From Rhynchobatus australiae (lineage: Eukaryota): 64,000 nucleotides of DNA. The stretch is from positions 135,619,794 to 135,683,793 of the forward strand of contig JAUZTB010000001.1 in assembly GCA_034780895.1 (NCBI GenBank), given 5' to 3'. The position numbers and the translations under genes are program-made. The first letter of the stretch is position 1, and every line of letters starts with the position of its first letter. Under the pieces are notes generated by a model that had not been told where the DNA came from, ran no database searches, and saw nothing but the letters and a program-made list of their open reading frames with translations. Positions 11,780 through 25,964 of this stretch are shown here, piece after piece.

Positions 11780-13800
11780 TCCAGGCACCTACCACTGAGT
11801 AAAAAAACTTGCCCCTCACATCACCTTAATCTCCCCCTCTAACCTTAAAAGCATGTCCTCTGGTATTTGACATTTCTATCCTGGGGAAAAAATTTGACTG
11901 TCTACCCTATCTACACCTCTCAATTTTATAAATCTCTAATCAGGTCTCCCCTCAGCCTCCGATGCTCTAGTGAGAACAATGTATCTCTCCTCAAACTCTG
12001 TCCTACTCCTGTATGAACACATAAAAATATTCATTTAGGACCTTGACCACATCTCCTGGCTTCGCACAGAGGTTACTGCTTTGGTCCTCAAGAGGATGCA
12101 CTCTTTCCCTAGCTACCCTTTTGCTCCTAATATACAAAGGATGACCTAGGAATCTCCTTAATCTTGCCTATTATCAAGAATATTGACTTTTTTGCCCTCT
12201 AATTTTTTTTTAATGTAATTTGCTATACCCTCAATATTCCTCAAGGGATTCACTTTGTTTGCAGTTGCTAATACCTGTCACGTGCTTCTTCCCTCCCCTT
12301 GAATAACCTTTGTCATCTAAGATTACCAATTTTGCCATCTTTTTTCCTTTCACCCCTACCAGAACAAGCTGGCCCTGAACTCTTGCTGACACTTTTAAAA
12401 GACTCTCACTTATCAGATGTTGTTTTACTTGCAGATACCAGCTCCTATTCTACTTTCGCCAGGTTCCCTCTTGTGCTCTCAAAAATCAGACTTCCTTCAA
12501 TTTAGGACCTTAAGGACTAACCTTGTCCCTTCCCATAACTACTTTGAATCTTACAGAACTTTGGTCACCATTTCCAAAGTGTTCTCCAACAAACATTTTC
12601 ATCACCTGCCCAGTTTCATTTCCTAAGACGAGGTCAAGTACAGCCCCTTCTCTGGTAGGACTATATTGTCTCGAAAAAAAACTAATCTTGGACACTTAAC
12701 AAGTTCCATCCCATCTGAGCCTCTTACACTAAAGGCAATACCAGTCAATATTGGGAAATTTAAAAATTCTCCACTACTATAACCCTATTGTTTTTACACC
12801 TTCCTGCAAACTGTGTACATACTCGTTCCTTAATTCCCAGTATCGGGAGGCCTATAGTATAACTGCAAAGTGAATGCCCTCTTACTCCTAAATTCTACCC
12901 ATATTGTTGTGTGGGATAATCCCTTCAGGATAACCACTGTGATCCTCTCCCTAATCAGCAGTGTGACTCTCCCTCTTTTGCATCCTCCTGTCAAGCCTGA
13001 AGCTTCTAAACCCTGGTACATTAAGTTGCCAGTCCTGCCCTTTACTCAGTCATGTTTCTGTGATTGCAGTAATATCATAATTCCACATGCTAGTCTATGT
13101 TCTAAGTGCAGTAACTTACTCTGAAGCTCCTGTCATTAAAGTAAATGCAGTTGAGGCTTACTCCCTATATCCTAACCTGTGTACTGGACTTGCGTGATTT
13201 ATCCTCTACATTTGGGTCAATCTCCCTACCTGCCACACTACCTCCAAGTTGCTCCCCCGCCAAATTAGTTTAAACCCTCCAGAATAACAGGAGCAAATTC
13301 ACTGCAAGGATTGGTCCCCTTCCAGTTTAGATGTAACCCATTCTGTGTGTACAGGTCCCAATCTGCTTCAGAAGTGATTCCAATGATCTAAATATCTTAA
13401 GTCCCTCTCTCCAGCTCTTTAGTCTAGCATTCACCTGCCTATCCTATTTTTACCCTCACAAGCATGTGGTGTGGGGAATAATCCTGAGATTTTGACCTAG
13501 AGGTCCTGCTTCTGCTTAACTCCCTAAATTCACTCTGCAGGACCTCAATCCCCTTCCTACCCATGTTGTTCAGAGAAATGTGTACTCCAACTTCTGGCAT
13601 CATTCCTCTTTTGCACTATTATTTTTGTAACTAGTAATTTTTGTGTTTTTGACTTGCACTGTACTGCTGCTTCTGATTCTCCCCCTTCACAATGTTCTGT
13701 ACCCAATCTGAGACCTGACTGGCAGTGGAACATTCTGGAGTCTTGTTTTCGGCCACAGGAAAAACCTGCCTGTTCCCTTCACTAATGAATCCCCCACCAC
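11780..13800 (-). mobile_element. Degenerate CR1 LINE (ORF1 end, APE endonuclease, 3' RT fragment)
   Basis: ORF remnants GRVTLLIRE...IWVEFRSK...YYRPPD (12830-13021) and PTREGAVLDLVLGNE...GEHFGNGDQSSVRF (12510-12695) are endonuclease motifs. The CR1 ORF1-end signature GGAGGGTTTAAACTAA lies at ~13265-13280. Many frameshifts. Confidence 0.85.
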
Positions 13801-14974
13801 TTTGCTTCATATTTTTCCATTTAGAGTTATTGAGCGCAGAAACAGGCCCTTGTCCGTGCCGAACAAGATTCCCATCTAAGCTAGTCCCATTCACCTGTGT
13901 TTGATCCACAACACTGTAAACCTTTCCTATCCACTTCCGGGCGATGTTTTAACTTGAGGTAGTTGATGCAAATTGATGGTTCGCAAGTCTTGATAATCTT
14001 GTGTTCCTTATGGTACATATTCTTGTAAAGTGAACTGTTCCAGATCTGTGCTCCCAGCAGGCCATTAGTTAATCCAGGCCTTACAGCCACTGCTCCAGTA
14101 CTGTGGCTTCCATTCATTTCCTGTCTATGCCATGTCCCTCATAATGCAGCAGCATGCAGGTACTTAAGGAAAACATCCACAGTGTTGAACAAGGAACCCA
14201 TTTGTGTCCTGCCAGTCAGTACACTTAAGTGATCTGGATTAGATAGAAGCCTAAATATCAAGGATGGATTAGTGTTCATCTGACAAGGCAAAATAGAACA
14301 TCGTGCTCCTTAAAAGAATGAAACATCTGTGGGGAGCAAAACTAGTCTGTAAACAAAATAAAAGGAGTCCACCTACTCACCTGAATCAATGGAGACATCT
14401 CTTCCATAGCCAGTGCTTTTCAGATGACAATCAGTTTTTTTTTTATTTAAACATTCCGATGTTTCAAAGNNNNNNNNNNNNNNNNNNNNNNNNNNNNNNN
14501 NNNNNNNNNNNNNNNNNNNNNNNNNNNNNNNNNNNNNNNNNNNNNNNNNNNNNNNNNNNNNNNNNNNNNNNNNNNNNNNNNNNNNNNNNNNNNNNNNNNN
14601 NNNNNNNNNNNNNNNNNNNNNNNNNNNNAAAAACAAATAGAACAAAAATACAAACCTTTCTCACCCCCCCCCCCCCCAAACTGTTTCACCAAAAATATTG
14701 AAACAAGAACCACAACTGCTAGAAATATTCAGGTCAGCTAGGATCTGTGGAGAGAGAAACAGCCAATTAACCAGTTTCTGATCTTTCAGGTATCCAACCA
14801 ACCAGGCCCATGTTTAAGCTTGGATCCTTAAACAGATCAATAAATTCTTGGCTCCATCTTACTTGAAATCGCTTCCAGATGTTGTCTGGCCTGCTGTTTC
14901 CTCATTTAAAATGCGACTCTTATTGCTGATATACCAGATTGGGTTAAACCAGTTGAACCAATCTGAACAGTGTC

Positions 14975-15308
14975 ATTTGAGGGGCATAGATAGCGTGAAT
15001 GCACAAAGTCTTTTCCCCAGGGTTGGGAAATCAAGAACGAGGGCAAAGGCTTAAGGGGAGAGGGGAAGATTTAATAGGAACCCAAGGGTAACTTTTTCCA
15101 CACAGAGGGTGGTGGATATATGAAATGAGCTACCAGAGGAAGTGGTTGAAGCAGGTGCAATAATATTTAAAAGACACATGGACAGGTACATGGATAAGAA
15201 AGGTTTAGAGGGAAATGGGTCAAATGGGACTAGCTTAGATGGGCATCTTGGTTGGTATGGACGAGTTGGGCTGAAGAGCCCATTTCTGTGCTGTATTACT
15301 CTATGTGA
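14975..15308 (+). mobile_element. CR1 (HER1-like) LINE 3' end
   Basis: RGIDSVNAQSLFPRVGKSRTR remnant, tttttccacacagagggtggtg, and terminal gggctgaagagcccatttctgtgctgtattactctatg. Confidence 0.85.
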
Positions 15309-17019
15309 CAATGTTTGATTCTCCCACTTCACAAAAACAGCTATTTATATTCTTGGTTTGGATAGGCACCCACTCCTCTGCAAAGGGTTCTTCACCAATA
15401 GTCAGGTTAATCCAATTTGCATTAGCCATTTCTAATGTCTCCTCATGTTTGAAAATTTATGTCTATAGGGAACTTTTTTTTTCATTTTTCTGGATGTGGG
15501 TGTTGTTGGCAAGGCCAGCACTTATTGTCCTTAAGGTGGTGGGTGCTAGTGAGACACCTTTCGGAACCACTGCAGTAGATGTTCCTATAGGACTGCTGTA
15601 GTAGTTCTGGAATTTAGAAACAGCAATGAACCACCGGCACTTCCAAATCAGGATGTTGAGAGACTGAGAACCTGTGGGTAGTGTGTCCATGCACCTGTTG
15701 CCCTCGTCTTCCTTGTTGGTACAGCTTTGGCAGGAGCTAGAGTAGTCCAAACGAGAAAGTGGGGTGCATTTAGTAGGTGATGATGTACACTTTACAAAAA
15801 GACTGGTTTACAAGGATCATCTCCAGATCTGGGTGCCACACTCAAGGAAAAATGTGGCAGAAATAGAAGGGTGCTAAAGAAATTCACCAGAATGATTTTT
15901 GGAATGAGGGACTTTAGTTGCAAGGATTGAAGGAATAGCTGGGTTTGTTCATGGTGGAATAGAAATCACAGAATGGAAGTATTTAAAAATCATGAAGATC
16001 ATAGACAATAGATGTAGAGAAACTAATACCACTGGTGAAAGGGTCACTCAAGTAGCAGGAGACACAGAATGAAGGTGATTGGCGAAAGAATCTAAGATGA
16101 CAAGATTTTAAACCCAATGGTTAGAGGATAGACTGACAGTAGTAGTGGGGGCAAGTTCAACTGTACAGTTCAGTTGGGAGCTGGATGCATTTCTGAAAGA
16201 CTTTGCACGGATTTTGGGAGATGAGTTAAGAATGGGACTAGCTGGATTGCTCTTACAGTGAGTTGAAACAGATGCAAATGGCCTCTTTCCATGTTGCAAC
16301 CATTCCAATTGAAAGTTGTAAGAAGATGATAGCCTCACTACATCACAAGCCTCAAAGCTGCTGCTTTTTGTGGGATTCAACCTGATAAAAATGTTCTGTA
16401 CAAAATTTTTTTTTAAAAAGTGCCCATTTTAAGAAATTGGACCACAGATTCTCTTCAATCAAAAAGATATTATGTGGCTGCATGGAGGGGAAGGGAGGAA
16501 ATACCTGATATTAATGCTCAGGACATGGCCATGGTGCAGGTGTCATTGACCTTGCCCCCAATTTACACATTTGAAAATGTCACAAATTTTACAGCAGAGA
16601 AAATATGGGAACATGGCATTGTATTTTGGCCTAAAGTTTCACATTTGTGTATTGCTGTTCAGCACAACCTAGATTTGATTAGCAAGAAACTAGAATGAAG
16701 ACTTCCAATGAACTCTTTATGTGCAGGAGTATCATGATCTTTATCTTTGATAAGTGAGATACCTGGAGTTACAATATAAAATACATACAATCAGGGCTAT
16801 GCATTGATCTTTGCTTATCTTAGTTTATCTTTTGTCCAAAAGCAGCCCAGGTGCAAGTGTGTTTTTTTTAATTTAAATCTACGTGCACCAAGGCAAGTTA
16901 CTTTCAGAGAATGACAAAAATGTCAGAAGATTAAATTCACAAGTCCAAGTCACGATACATCCAAATAAAATGCTTTTGTTTTAAAGTAAAACTCCAATAC
17001 CAAAAAGGCAACTACATTA

Positions 17020-17170
17020 GACTGAAATAAAAACAGAAAATACTAAAAGAACTCCAGTCAGGCAGCACCGATGGAAAGAGAAACAGAATGTTTCAGATCA
17101 AAAGACCCTTCACTGTTTCTTTCCACTGATGCTACCTGACCTGAGATTTTCCTGCATTGTTTCTCTTCTA
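17020..17170. mobile_element. Internally deleted palindromic Penelope-terminus element
   Basis: gaaataaaaacagaaaatact...gtcaggcagca...gagaaacag followed by its inverted counterpart ctgtttctttccactgatgctacctgacctgag. Confidence 0.65.
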
Positions 17171-20100
17171 TTCAATATGTCAATTTAGTTCACCACAGGT
17201 TACTAACCCAATCTAGTCAAATATCTCTACTGACACTAGTACAACTTAGATACTTAACCATGAAGAATATGAAGAATGGGATGTTGATGAGAAAACTGAA
17301 TGTTTGCAAGACTTTAAATCCATCGCACAGCTCAGTGCACACACTCAAAATCAAAGCACACAAGCAGATTTAAATACACCAAGGACTGCTTGTTTAATAT
17401 TTATAGTATTTACATGGCTTCAAGCTGCTTCTCCAGCCACAAACAAGAATTCATGGGAACCTGGAGGAAGCCTGCTTCAGGCAAGAATAAACTCAATGAC
17501 ACTGACTAGAGATATATTGTGAACTCTCTCCAGTAGAAGATTCTTTCAGTGTACATTTCCATTTATGGTTTAGCTTGCTGTATAATCAAAATCCCAACTG
17601 AAGTAAGCACATTTTTAAAAGCCTTGAGTTGCCATACATCTCAGATCAAAGTAGCTTAAGAGCAAGTCAACCTGTTTATGTTCAAACCTTCATTTGGAAA
17701 CAGTAACTCATGAAATTTCATGCTTGTACTGGAGGGCAGTCGACCAAAGAGGGAAAGCAAATAAAGTGATGACGCTCTCCTCCAACCCACCACTGGTTCC
17801 CTACAGATCTCTGGTGGTTTACTACCGAATATAACCAATGTAATCTTGTACACGTAACAACTGTTCACTAAGACTCTCCTCTCTTCTCCCAATTTGCATG
17901 CCCCACCACAGAATGCACATTTTCCTGTTGCAGGAGCAGCTTTAGTATACAAAACTTGACAGGTATGCCTCAGGAGATCAAGTATTTAAATAGAGGCCTG
18001 GAAACCTTACATATGGTCTTGGTCTCTGACTTGATAATGATAATTTAAGGACTAGCAGATTCCAGGGCCCAGAAATCAAATATTGGGAGGTATGAAGTGT
18101 CCCTGCTGTTCCTTTTATCTGCTCAAAATTCAAGGCAAGCGCTTGTACAACTTTTGCAGTTGACCAAATTGCTTTAATATCTAAAGTAGAGATCAGAATG
18201 CCAGTGCAGCAAATCAACTCGAATCCCTGCTGTCCTGGAGACTCATTAGGAAACCATAACATGACTATGTGAACACCAAACCATCCTGTGGATTGCAGTG
18301 GGGAAGGGTCCCTCTCGTGTAACCATTCCTTAGAGTAGGCACTGTTTCATTTTAGTATTTGGCAGTTTAAGCAAGCTTTTACAACTAATGTCAAAGCCTA
18401 CATATATTTACACTTAGTAAACCCAATTAAACATTGAACTCTACCTTCCCCACTCCATCTCAACTCAAAAGTACTGAGCTTTTTAAAACTTTTCTGGTTT
18501 GGAATATCCAGAACATTAAGTTTGCAATACCAGCTCATGGGTGTTCACCTGAGCAAGGAAAAAAAAATCACCCATAAATTTCCATCTGAAAAGTTTATGC
18601 AATTTTCCATTAAAATATTTGAAATAGTGTTAGAAACATTTTGATTGATGGATAGAGCCAAAGAGAGAATGAGATTCAGTCTCTTGTTTAAACGGTAAGG
18701 TCACAGAGAATTCTGACTGATGAAAGTTAGAAGCTGTTTTCACAAACACTATCAATCATTACATCTGACTTTCACTTGGTGCCTTGGGAAAAATTAGCCC
18801 TCAAGGGGAGCCTCTGATTTCCCTTTTCAAAAGTATGTTTTTCTAACATGCATCCTTGCCAAGTATTTTCTACATAATAAATGCACTTCTAACTCAAACA
18901 CAAGTGATTTTTAATGCATTAAATCCCACAAAACAGATTGTATAAAATAGAATGGACACTGCAGAGGTAATATTCTAGAAAAGCTGAAGTGGTGACTTCT
19001 CTCTCCACAAGCAGGGCAGAATTAAACAAGATTCCCTTTAAAAATTGTTTGGTCACTTTATTTTAATATACCCCCTACTGCAAGATGGAAACTCATGGTT
19101 TCTGCTAATTCTAATCGATACCTTGGTGTCCAAGACACTCATACTGCTCTTATACCCCAATATTTGTTCTGGAGGCAGTAACTGTGTACTAAGTTATACA
19201 ACCCATCCATATGCAAATAGTTTTGCTGCCAGAAGTTCTCTAATGGATGAGAAGAACTGGCACAGGAAAACCTACTGGTAAATTACCACCAGGAGCTGAT
19301 GACAGTGGAAAAGCCCAATGTTCACAGGGAGCCACGGTCATTGAAAAGCTGCTCTGGGTAGAGAGGGGGCCTGTGAACCTGGAGTGAGCATCTTCCCTGC
19401 AGAAAAATACTCAATTCCTTCAGCCATCCGCTGCCATTCCCTTTACACAACCATTTCAACCTCATGAAGTAAACTTGTACCCCAGTGTGACAATACAGTC
19501 TATTTTTCCAGAAGCTTTTTGCATTCTCTTTCAATCTGCTTCAGTCATCAATTCATTAAATCAGAACTGGGTAGAATGATGAGGTATGTGTTCATTAACA
19601 ATTGGATTATCTAAACTATATGTGAATGACTTGGAAAACTATTCACAGTAACATCAATTTGAGAAGAGATACTTTCCAACATGGCAATCTGCTACGACAA
19701 ATTAGATTCCCATGACCTTCCATATGGATTCCACCAGACATCAATTAAAAATATGACTGATCCCTTATCCTGACAACATCTACTGTCGTCCTATTTCAGG
19801 ATATTGTACATTTCAATGACATCAACTCTCATCTGGATATCTCAAGTATTAGCTATTCCCACTCCCTCCCCATGGTTCAACATCATCCTAAAAATCATAC
19901 AACCTAACTCAATGCACAACCTCTTCCTTGGATATGGACACCAAAACCATGCACATTACTCCAGGTGTGGTCTTACTGAAATCTATAATGAAGCAGCAAG
20001 ACTTCTTACCCTTGTGCTCCAGACCCCTCGTAGTAAAGGGCAACACATCTGCTTTTGCATGGCAACTTTCTACATTTTGTGTACTAGCTCTTCTAGATCC

Positions 20101-22675
20101 TTCTGAAAACCAACATTAGCTTCACTATTTAAATGGATAACTTTGCAAGTGTTCCTACCAAATAATCTAATTTTCTCACATTGTACTCACTCTGCCACCT
20201 GTCCACCCTTAAACTGTCTGAATGCCTTGACGACTCATTTTCCAAATCTATGCCAGCCAAATTACAAGAAAGAATTGAACAAAGTCATTAACATAACCTA
20301 TAAATTGCTGTGAGCATTGTGTCATTCCTCATTGTACTGTGGGTAACATCACAACTCCCACCACTGTCTGGATGACTATTTCAAACTAATAAAAATCAAA
20401 GTCATTTACTATCAATACCCAACCTTAACTCAAATTGCAAATCTCAGGATTTCACTCCATAACTACACGGATTCCCAATGTGGTAATTCAGGTACAAATT
20501 CAGAACTGCCATACTGAACATCTGAAACTTGAACTATAATTGCATGCACAAAAGGACAAAAGAAAGACGAAAATGTAATCCTGAATTTACACTGCACAGC
20601 TACCAAACTTCAAAAGTTAGAGGTGAAAAATACATGGAGCAGCATCAACATTTCTACTAAATTAGAGAAGTTATTATAGAAGACTGGTTCCCATCTTAGC
20701 CTCACTGATCACCCAAGTACCCACAGAACCCCAGTGGATGCCAGTCATCCTCGATCCCAAGAAAATGCTACAGGTAACCTAGAGAACAATTAAAAGAGCA
20801 AATTGTTGAAATACTGTTTAAAGATTTCAAATGCAGGAAGTATTTACAATGTTAGTCATCCACCATTTCTTTTGATTTCCCAGTTTATAAAAACTGTACA
20901 AATCATGAACTTTGATGTACTTCCCCTCCACTTAACTGTGGCCAAGTTACCTAATTAAGTTAAACCTTTTTAAAAATGAGACAATTCCATTGTAACCTTA
21001 GAACAAGATGAAAACAAATCCTTATCTACTCCAAGCACTCAAGCTCCTTAAATATCAAATCACTTCCTATTCGCAGCATGCACACATCATAATTAAAGGA
21101 TAACATTTCTTTTCAAATTAAATTATTTCTATTGGGCCTTTTAATCTAAAGGTGTCTTGATTCTTTACAGGGCAATAGGTAGCAAACAGAAGTGGCGAGG
21201 GTGTGGGGAGAAGAGAGAAAGAAAAATGCACTACGTCAACTGATCTTTTTTACAAATCTTTGCTTCTTCACAGNNNNNNNNNNNNNNNNNNNNNNNNNNN
21301 NNNNNNNNNNNNNNNNNNNNNNNNNNNNNNNNNNNNNNNNNNNNNNNNNNNNNNNNNNNNNNNNNNNNNNNNNNNNNNNNNNNNNNNNNNNNNNNNNNNN
21401 NNNNNNNNNNNNNNNNNNNNNNNNNNNNNNNCAATAGTCACCTGCTCCAGATTATCTCCTCCCTGAACTATCATCCATGCCCTTTGTGGTAAATACAGAT
21501 AAGTATTCATTTAGGAGTTCACCCACATCCCTGGCTCCACACAGAAATTACCCTTTTGGCTCCCAAGGGAACCCACTTTCTCTGGCCACTTCTTGTTCCT
21601 GATATCTTAAGGTTATATGCTGAAAGCTTCCCCCTCTTCCTCTCCCCCCCCCCCCCCCGGAAGGTCTTTCAGCATGAATCATTGCAACAACCATACTCAC
21701 TCTACTACTTCCATGTCCTGTTGACTGCCAGTTTCAAACATCAGGATCTTGGAATTTAGAAATAGCAGAGGCAGAGCACAACTCTGAAGCAAGCAGATTT
21801 CAGCTCTCAAGGATCAACATAACATCCCCAGTGCAACATCAAATATTAAAATACATGAGTTAGTAAGCTAAAAATTCTAGGAAACAATATATACTGCAAA
21901 ATACATTCAAAACTTTTCACTCACTGATTATTTCAAACTGAGATACTAACTACAACCAATGTACCATATATCCTACAATACTTCTGTTGTAGTACTAAAC
22001 TATGAAGGTCATGCATAGGGCAGGGAGTGTCCATGACTAGAGAGTATTGGTTGAAGGTGAAGAATAAGATTTAGAGGAGATCCACAGAAGAATTTTTTCA
22101 CCCACAGGGATGGAGGAAGAGACTTACAAAATTTAAGCATCTGGGCAAACGTTTGAATCACTAAGGCACAAGTGGCTTTGGACAATGCACAGGTCCAAAG
22201 TATGGTCAGTACTTGATGGTTGGCATAGTTGTTGTGGGTTGAAAATTTACACTGTAAATGCCACTAAAACAATAGTAGTGACTTACTGTTGACCAAGCAC
22301 AAAGGACTGCATCTGAGCAACAGCCTGACAGTAACTGGAGGCTACCGTATCCTTGATGCAGAAAGGACATCAAAGCCTGTGCCATGTTGTTGCTGTCATC
22401 TGTATAGCTTTGCAAATACATGTACCAACTCCACCAGTAGCAAACAAACACTGCAAATAAAATTTAGGCCCATCATAGATAAAGTTGAGAATATTAACAG
22501 TAACCCAGTGTACAAACATGTCCAACTAATGCAACTTGGCTACCATTTCCCCACATTATATTTCATTGTCATTAACCAGACTTGGCAGAAATTCATGATT
22601 ACACTATTGAAAGATCTTCTCCAAGACATGGCCTCAGGTGCAAGCTCCACCTTCCATTATGTCATAGAAACTTAC

Positions 22676-22907
22676 CAAGAGTTGTGCCATCTTCTCCCAT
22701 GATGCACTTCATGNNNNNNNNNNNNNNNNNNNNNNNNNNNNNNNNNNNNNNNNNNNNNNNNNNNNNNNNNNNNNNNNNNNNNNNNNNNNNNNNNNNNNNN
22801 NNNNNNNNNNNNNTCATGGAGGCGATGATCTGTTCTGCAACAGGTGCAGACATTGAAGTAGCATAGACTGTACTGTGAGAATGTGAGCGAAGATAGTCCA
22901 CAAGTTC
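22676..22907 (-). CDS. SPTLC2: SPTLC2 exon 9 equivalent (127 nt after closing a spurious 100-N gap at 22714-22813)
   Basis: gcatttcag|GAA CTT... gives [31 protein letters not shown] [gap] [12 protein letters not shown](G); donor G|gtaagt. The gap flanks overlap by TCATG. Confidence 0.93.
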
Positions 22908-24259
22908 CTGAAATGCAGACACATCTGTTGAACTCTTGTGCCAGTTGATAAAGATCAGAATTAATGACTGGCTGGATTCTTGTAGACTCAAAGCTACCGA
23001 ATTTCTCCAAAGCTTTACATAAACATTAGACTGCGATTATTTCTTACATAATTTTCAAAAACGCAGAGAAGCCCATTTTACTCAGTTGCAAATTTGACAT
23101 TAATGTTCCAAATATCATTGACAATTGAGACCTTTACAAAAGAACTATATATGCATCCACATCATTTCCCCTCTGAGCTGTTCAATTTTATTGAAACAAA
23201 TTTCTGTTGCATAACAAAAGATGTCTGCAGATCAGACATGGTTTTAATTTTGTGAAGGGAAAGGATGGCAAAATTAGGAAATGAACCAATTGGTAACAAA
23301 ATTCCCTCCAGTTGGTGCATATATAGAATGATAGGGAACAGGTTCCACCAACACCACTTGCCAGTAACCCTAACTCAGCTTTAGAAAAACACTAATAATA
23401 AACCTATACCAGTTACTAGTATTTAACGTAAAACCTATTTCAGAGTTTCCATCAGGAGTTTCCAGTAATATTGGGCCAAGTCCAGAGTTTTAATAGGCAG
23501 TGGATGGCTTAAGATATTGGCTTGGTTCTTCAGGTTTGGAAGAGCAAGGGGACACCCCAATTACTTGGCTAGTGAGAGACCTGTGGATCTTGTGCATTAG
23601 CTTGACTGCACTGCTCACTTCTTGAACACTTCACTGTGAATCCTTCAACAACACTCTATCATCCCTTTGTGGTACTTTCCTTTTGTTTCACTTGATTTGG
23701 AGGCAATGCCTGCACTGCAACACAAGTGAACCATGTGGGTGATCCAGAAATCCATGCTCGATTCTTAACTCAGCTTTTCAATCCTTCAGTTCATTTGGAG
23801 GTAGGCACTCAGATCAAAAGTTTTCATGCATTGACATCAAAATGAGATAATCAAATCTTCCTCCTGCTTACTACAGAGCCTTTCCCTTTCAATTCACATT
23901 TGGCCTAATATTCATTTGCTGATATTCAGGAGGCACAGAACCACAGTATACTTACTGATCCGAAACTTTGCTTTTGCTCCAACATCTGTCCCATGACCTT
24001 GCTGCCAACTCCTATCATGCTACAAAATCCCAGTTACATTTTCATTTGCACACCCTGGTCTCCCTTCACTGCCTTCCCTAGTGCATTCAAATCACGCTCA
24101 TTCACCACGTCCCATAATGTTGTCATGAAACCAAAACTTCCTTTCCGGGAGGCACGTTTATCTTCCAAGTGCATTCATTGTGCCTTATAATTTCTTATTC
24201 TCACACCAATTTTACATATGCTCTCCTTGCACAAAGTTTCAAGAACCATTTAAAATTTC

Positions 24260-25390
24260 AGATGATCAAAGCACAAGCATGGATTTGTAAAGGGGTAGGT
24301 CATGTACAGGAAGGTTGATATGGACTTCCAGAAAGCATTTCATAAATTTCCTCATAAAGAGACTGTTGAGTAAAGTTAAAAGTCTATGGCATTGAAGACA
24401 GATTTTTGACCTGGACAAGAAACTGGTTGAAAATCACATGGATGCAAGAGTACTTAAAATAAATAACTTGACATCTCAAAGGTCTGCATTGAAGTTACAA
24501 CTAATATTAATAATTGAATTAGATGATACAATAGAAAGCAATGCCCAGGTTTGATGACGACAAAGACATGGCATTATTAAAATGTACACAGAAAAGTTTA
24601 ATATATAGACACTAGTAGATTAAGCAATTGGACAACACTATGACAAATGGATTTCAACATTGGCAAAAGGGTAGAAATTTCTTTCTAGAAGCTGTGGAAG
24701 TCCAAAGAGACTGGACAGGTACGGGGGATTCTGTGTGGTTGGGGTTCACATAAATAGATCATGAAGTCACAAGCAGGTACCGAAAATAATGCAAAAAACC
24801 CAATGGAATGCTGGTGTTCACATCTAGATTATTGGAGTTCAAGGGATTCAAAGTTACATCACAGCTATACAAAGTCAGGGCCGCTATACAAAGCCCGAGT
24901 TAGACCACAGCTGGGGAACAGGGAGCAGTTTGGGACACCACACGAGGAAGGATACACTGTCATTCTGCCACAGTCCCACCAAGACCACTGTCTCCAAGTG
25001 TAAAGAGGGGAGATTAAAGAAACAGCCATTGAAACGAACTTAACTGCTTCCCACTCCAGCGACGCTGAGCATTTCCAGCATTTTGTTTTTAATTACAGAA
25101 ACCATTGTTGTATTCTCTGAAATTTAGATTAAGGGGTAATTAAGGGAGCCTAGAACCAGGAAGCACAGCCAAAAAAAATCAAAAGTTGGGCTTTCAGAAT
25201 TATACCAAGGAAACACTTCTACATAGTATGGTAACAGTCTGGAGCTGTTAGATGTTAATTTTAAATACAAGTTTCATGGATTTCTAATGACAATGTACTA
25301 AGGGCTATGGAAACATGGAATTGAGTCACAAATTAACTATGGCCTTTGAGTGGGTGAATAGATTGAGGGGTTAAATAGCCTATTCTTATG
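24260..25390 (+). mobile_element. Old CR1 LINE RT fragments
   Basis: gatatggacttccagaaagcatttcataaatttcctcataaaga (MDFQKAF.K.PH), tttgatgacgacaaa (decayed FADD), LYKARVRPQL remnant, and a CR1-like tail near 25380. Confidence 0.7.
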
Positions 25391-25964
25391 TGCTCATCTT
25401 TTCCTTGAGCAAAATTCAACTCAGATTCAAATAGTGACCAATGCAACTACAAAACTTTAGCTCTATCCCCATTTTTAAGCTTGTTTTAATGCTAGTGTTC
25501 AAAGTGTTCCACTTTTTCCTACCCTTGGCTATTTAATAATCCTTTTATGCCACTTGCATTCATTACAGGCCAAGGTAATTCTTACTGCTGCTCTCCATCT
25601 CACTCTAGCATTTTGCTCCAGAGTATCAACATCNNNNNNNGGATTTTTCTTTACAATTTTGTACCATCTAATTTCTTCTGCATTTAGCCAATGTGCTTGG
25701 AACAGGATAATGTAAAATTAATTCCCTGGAATAATGTTGGACCCAAAGCCTTAATAAGAAACCATTTTGTAGAATAGTGCTGTATATCAATAGATTGATA
25801 TACAACACTAACAATACACCATTATCAAAATATTTTTTGGTAGTACTGTGTATCTGCACAAGTTAGATAAAGATCAAATTGTTCTTAATTGAGCTGGTGA
25901 GTCTAGATCACGCAGCAGAATTAAATTTGCATTTGACAAAATCTTTGAAACATGCATATTTCCT

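Noticed and set aside
20690-20800. Strong-looking minus-strand acceptor (ctcttttaattgttctctag|GTTACC) as a possible exon 10
   Set aside because: In the SPTLC2 frame it reads GGT TAC CTG TAG (immediate stop) and has no similarity to the expected exon 10 peptide.
22287-22399. Possible exon cag|ATGACAGC...TCAACA|gtaagt just downstream of exon 9
   Set aside because: Weak polypyrimidine tract, not phase-symmetric, and the peptide (DDSNNMAQALMSF...) is unrelated to SPT.
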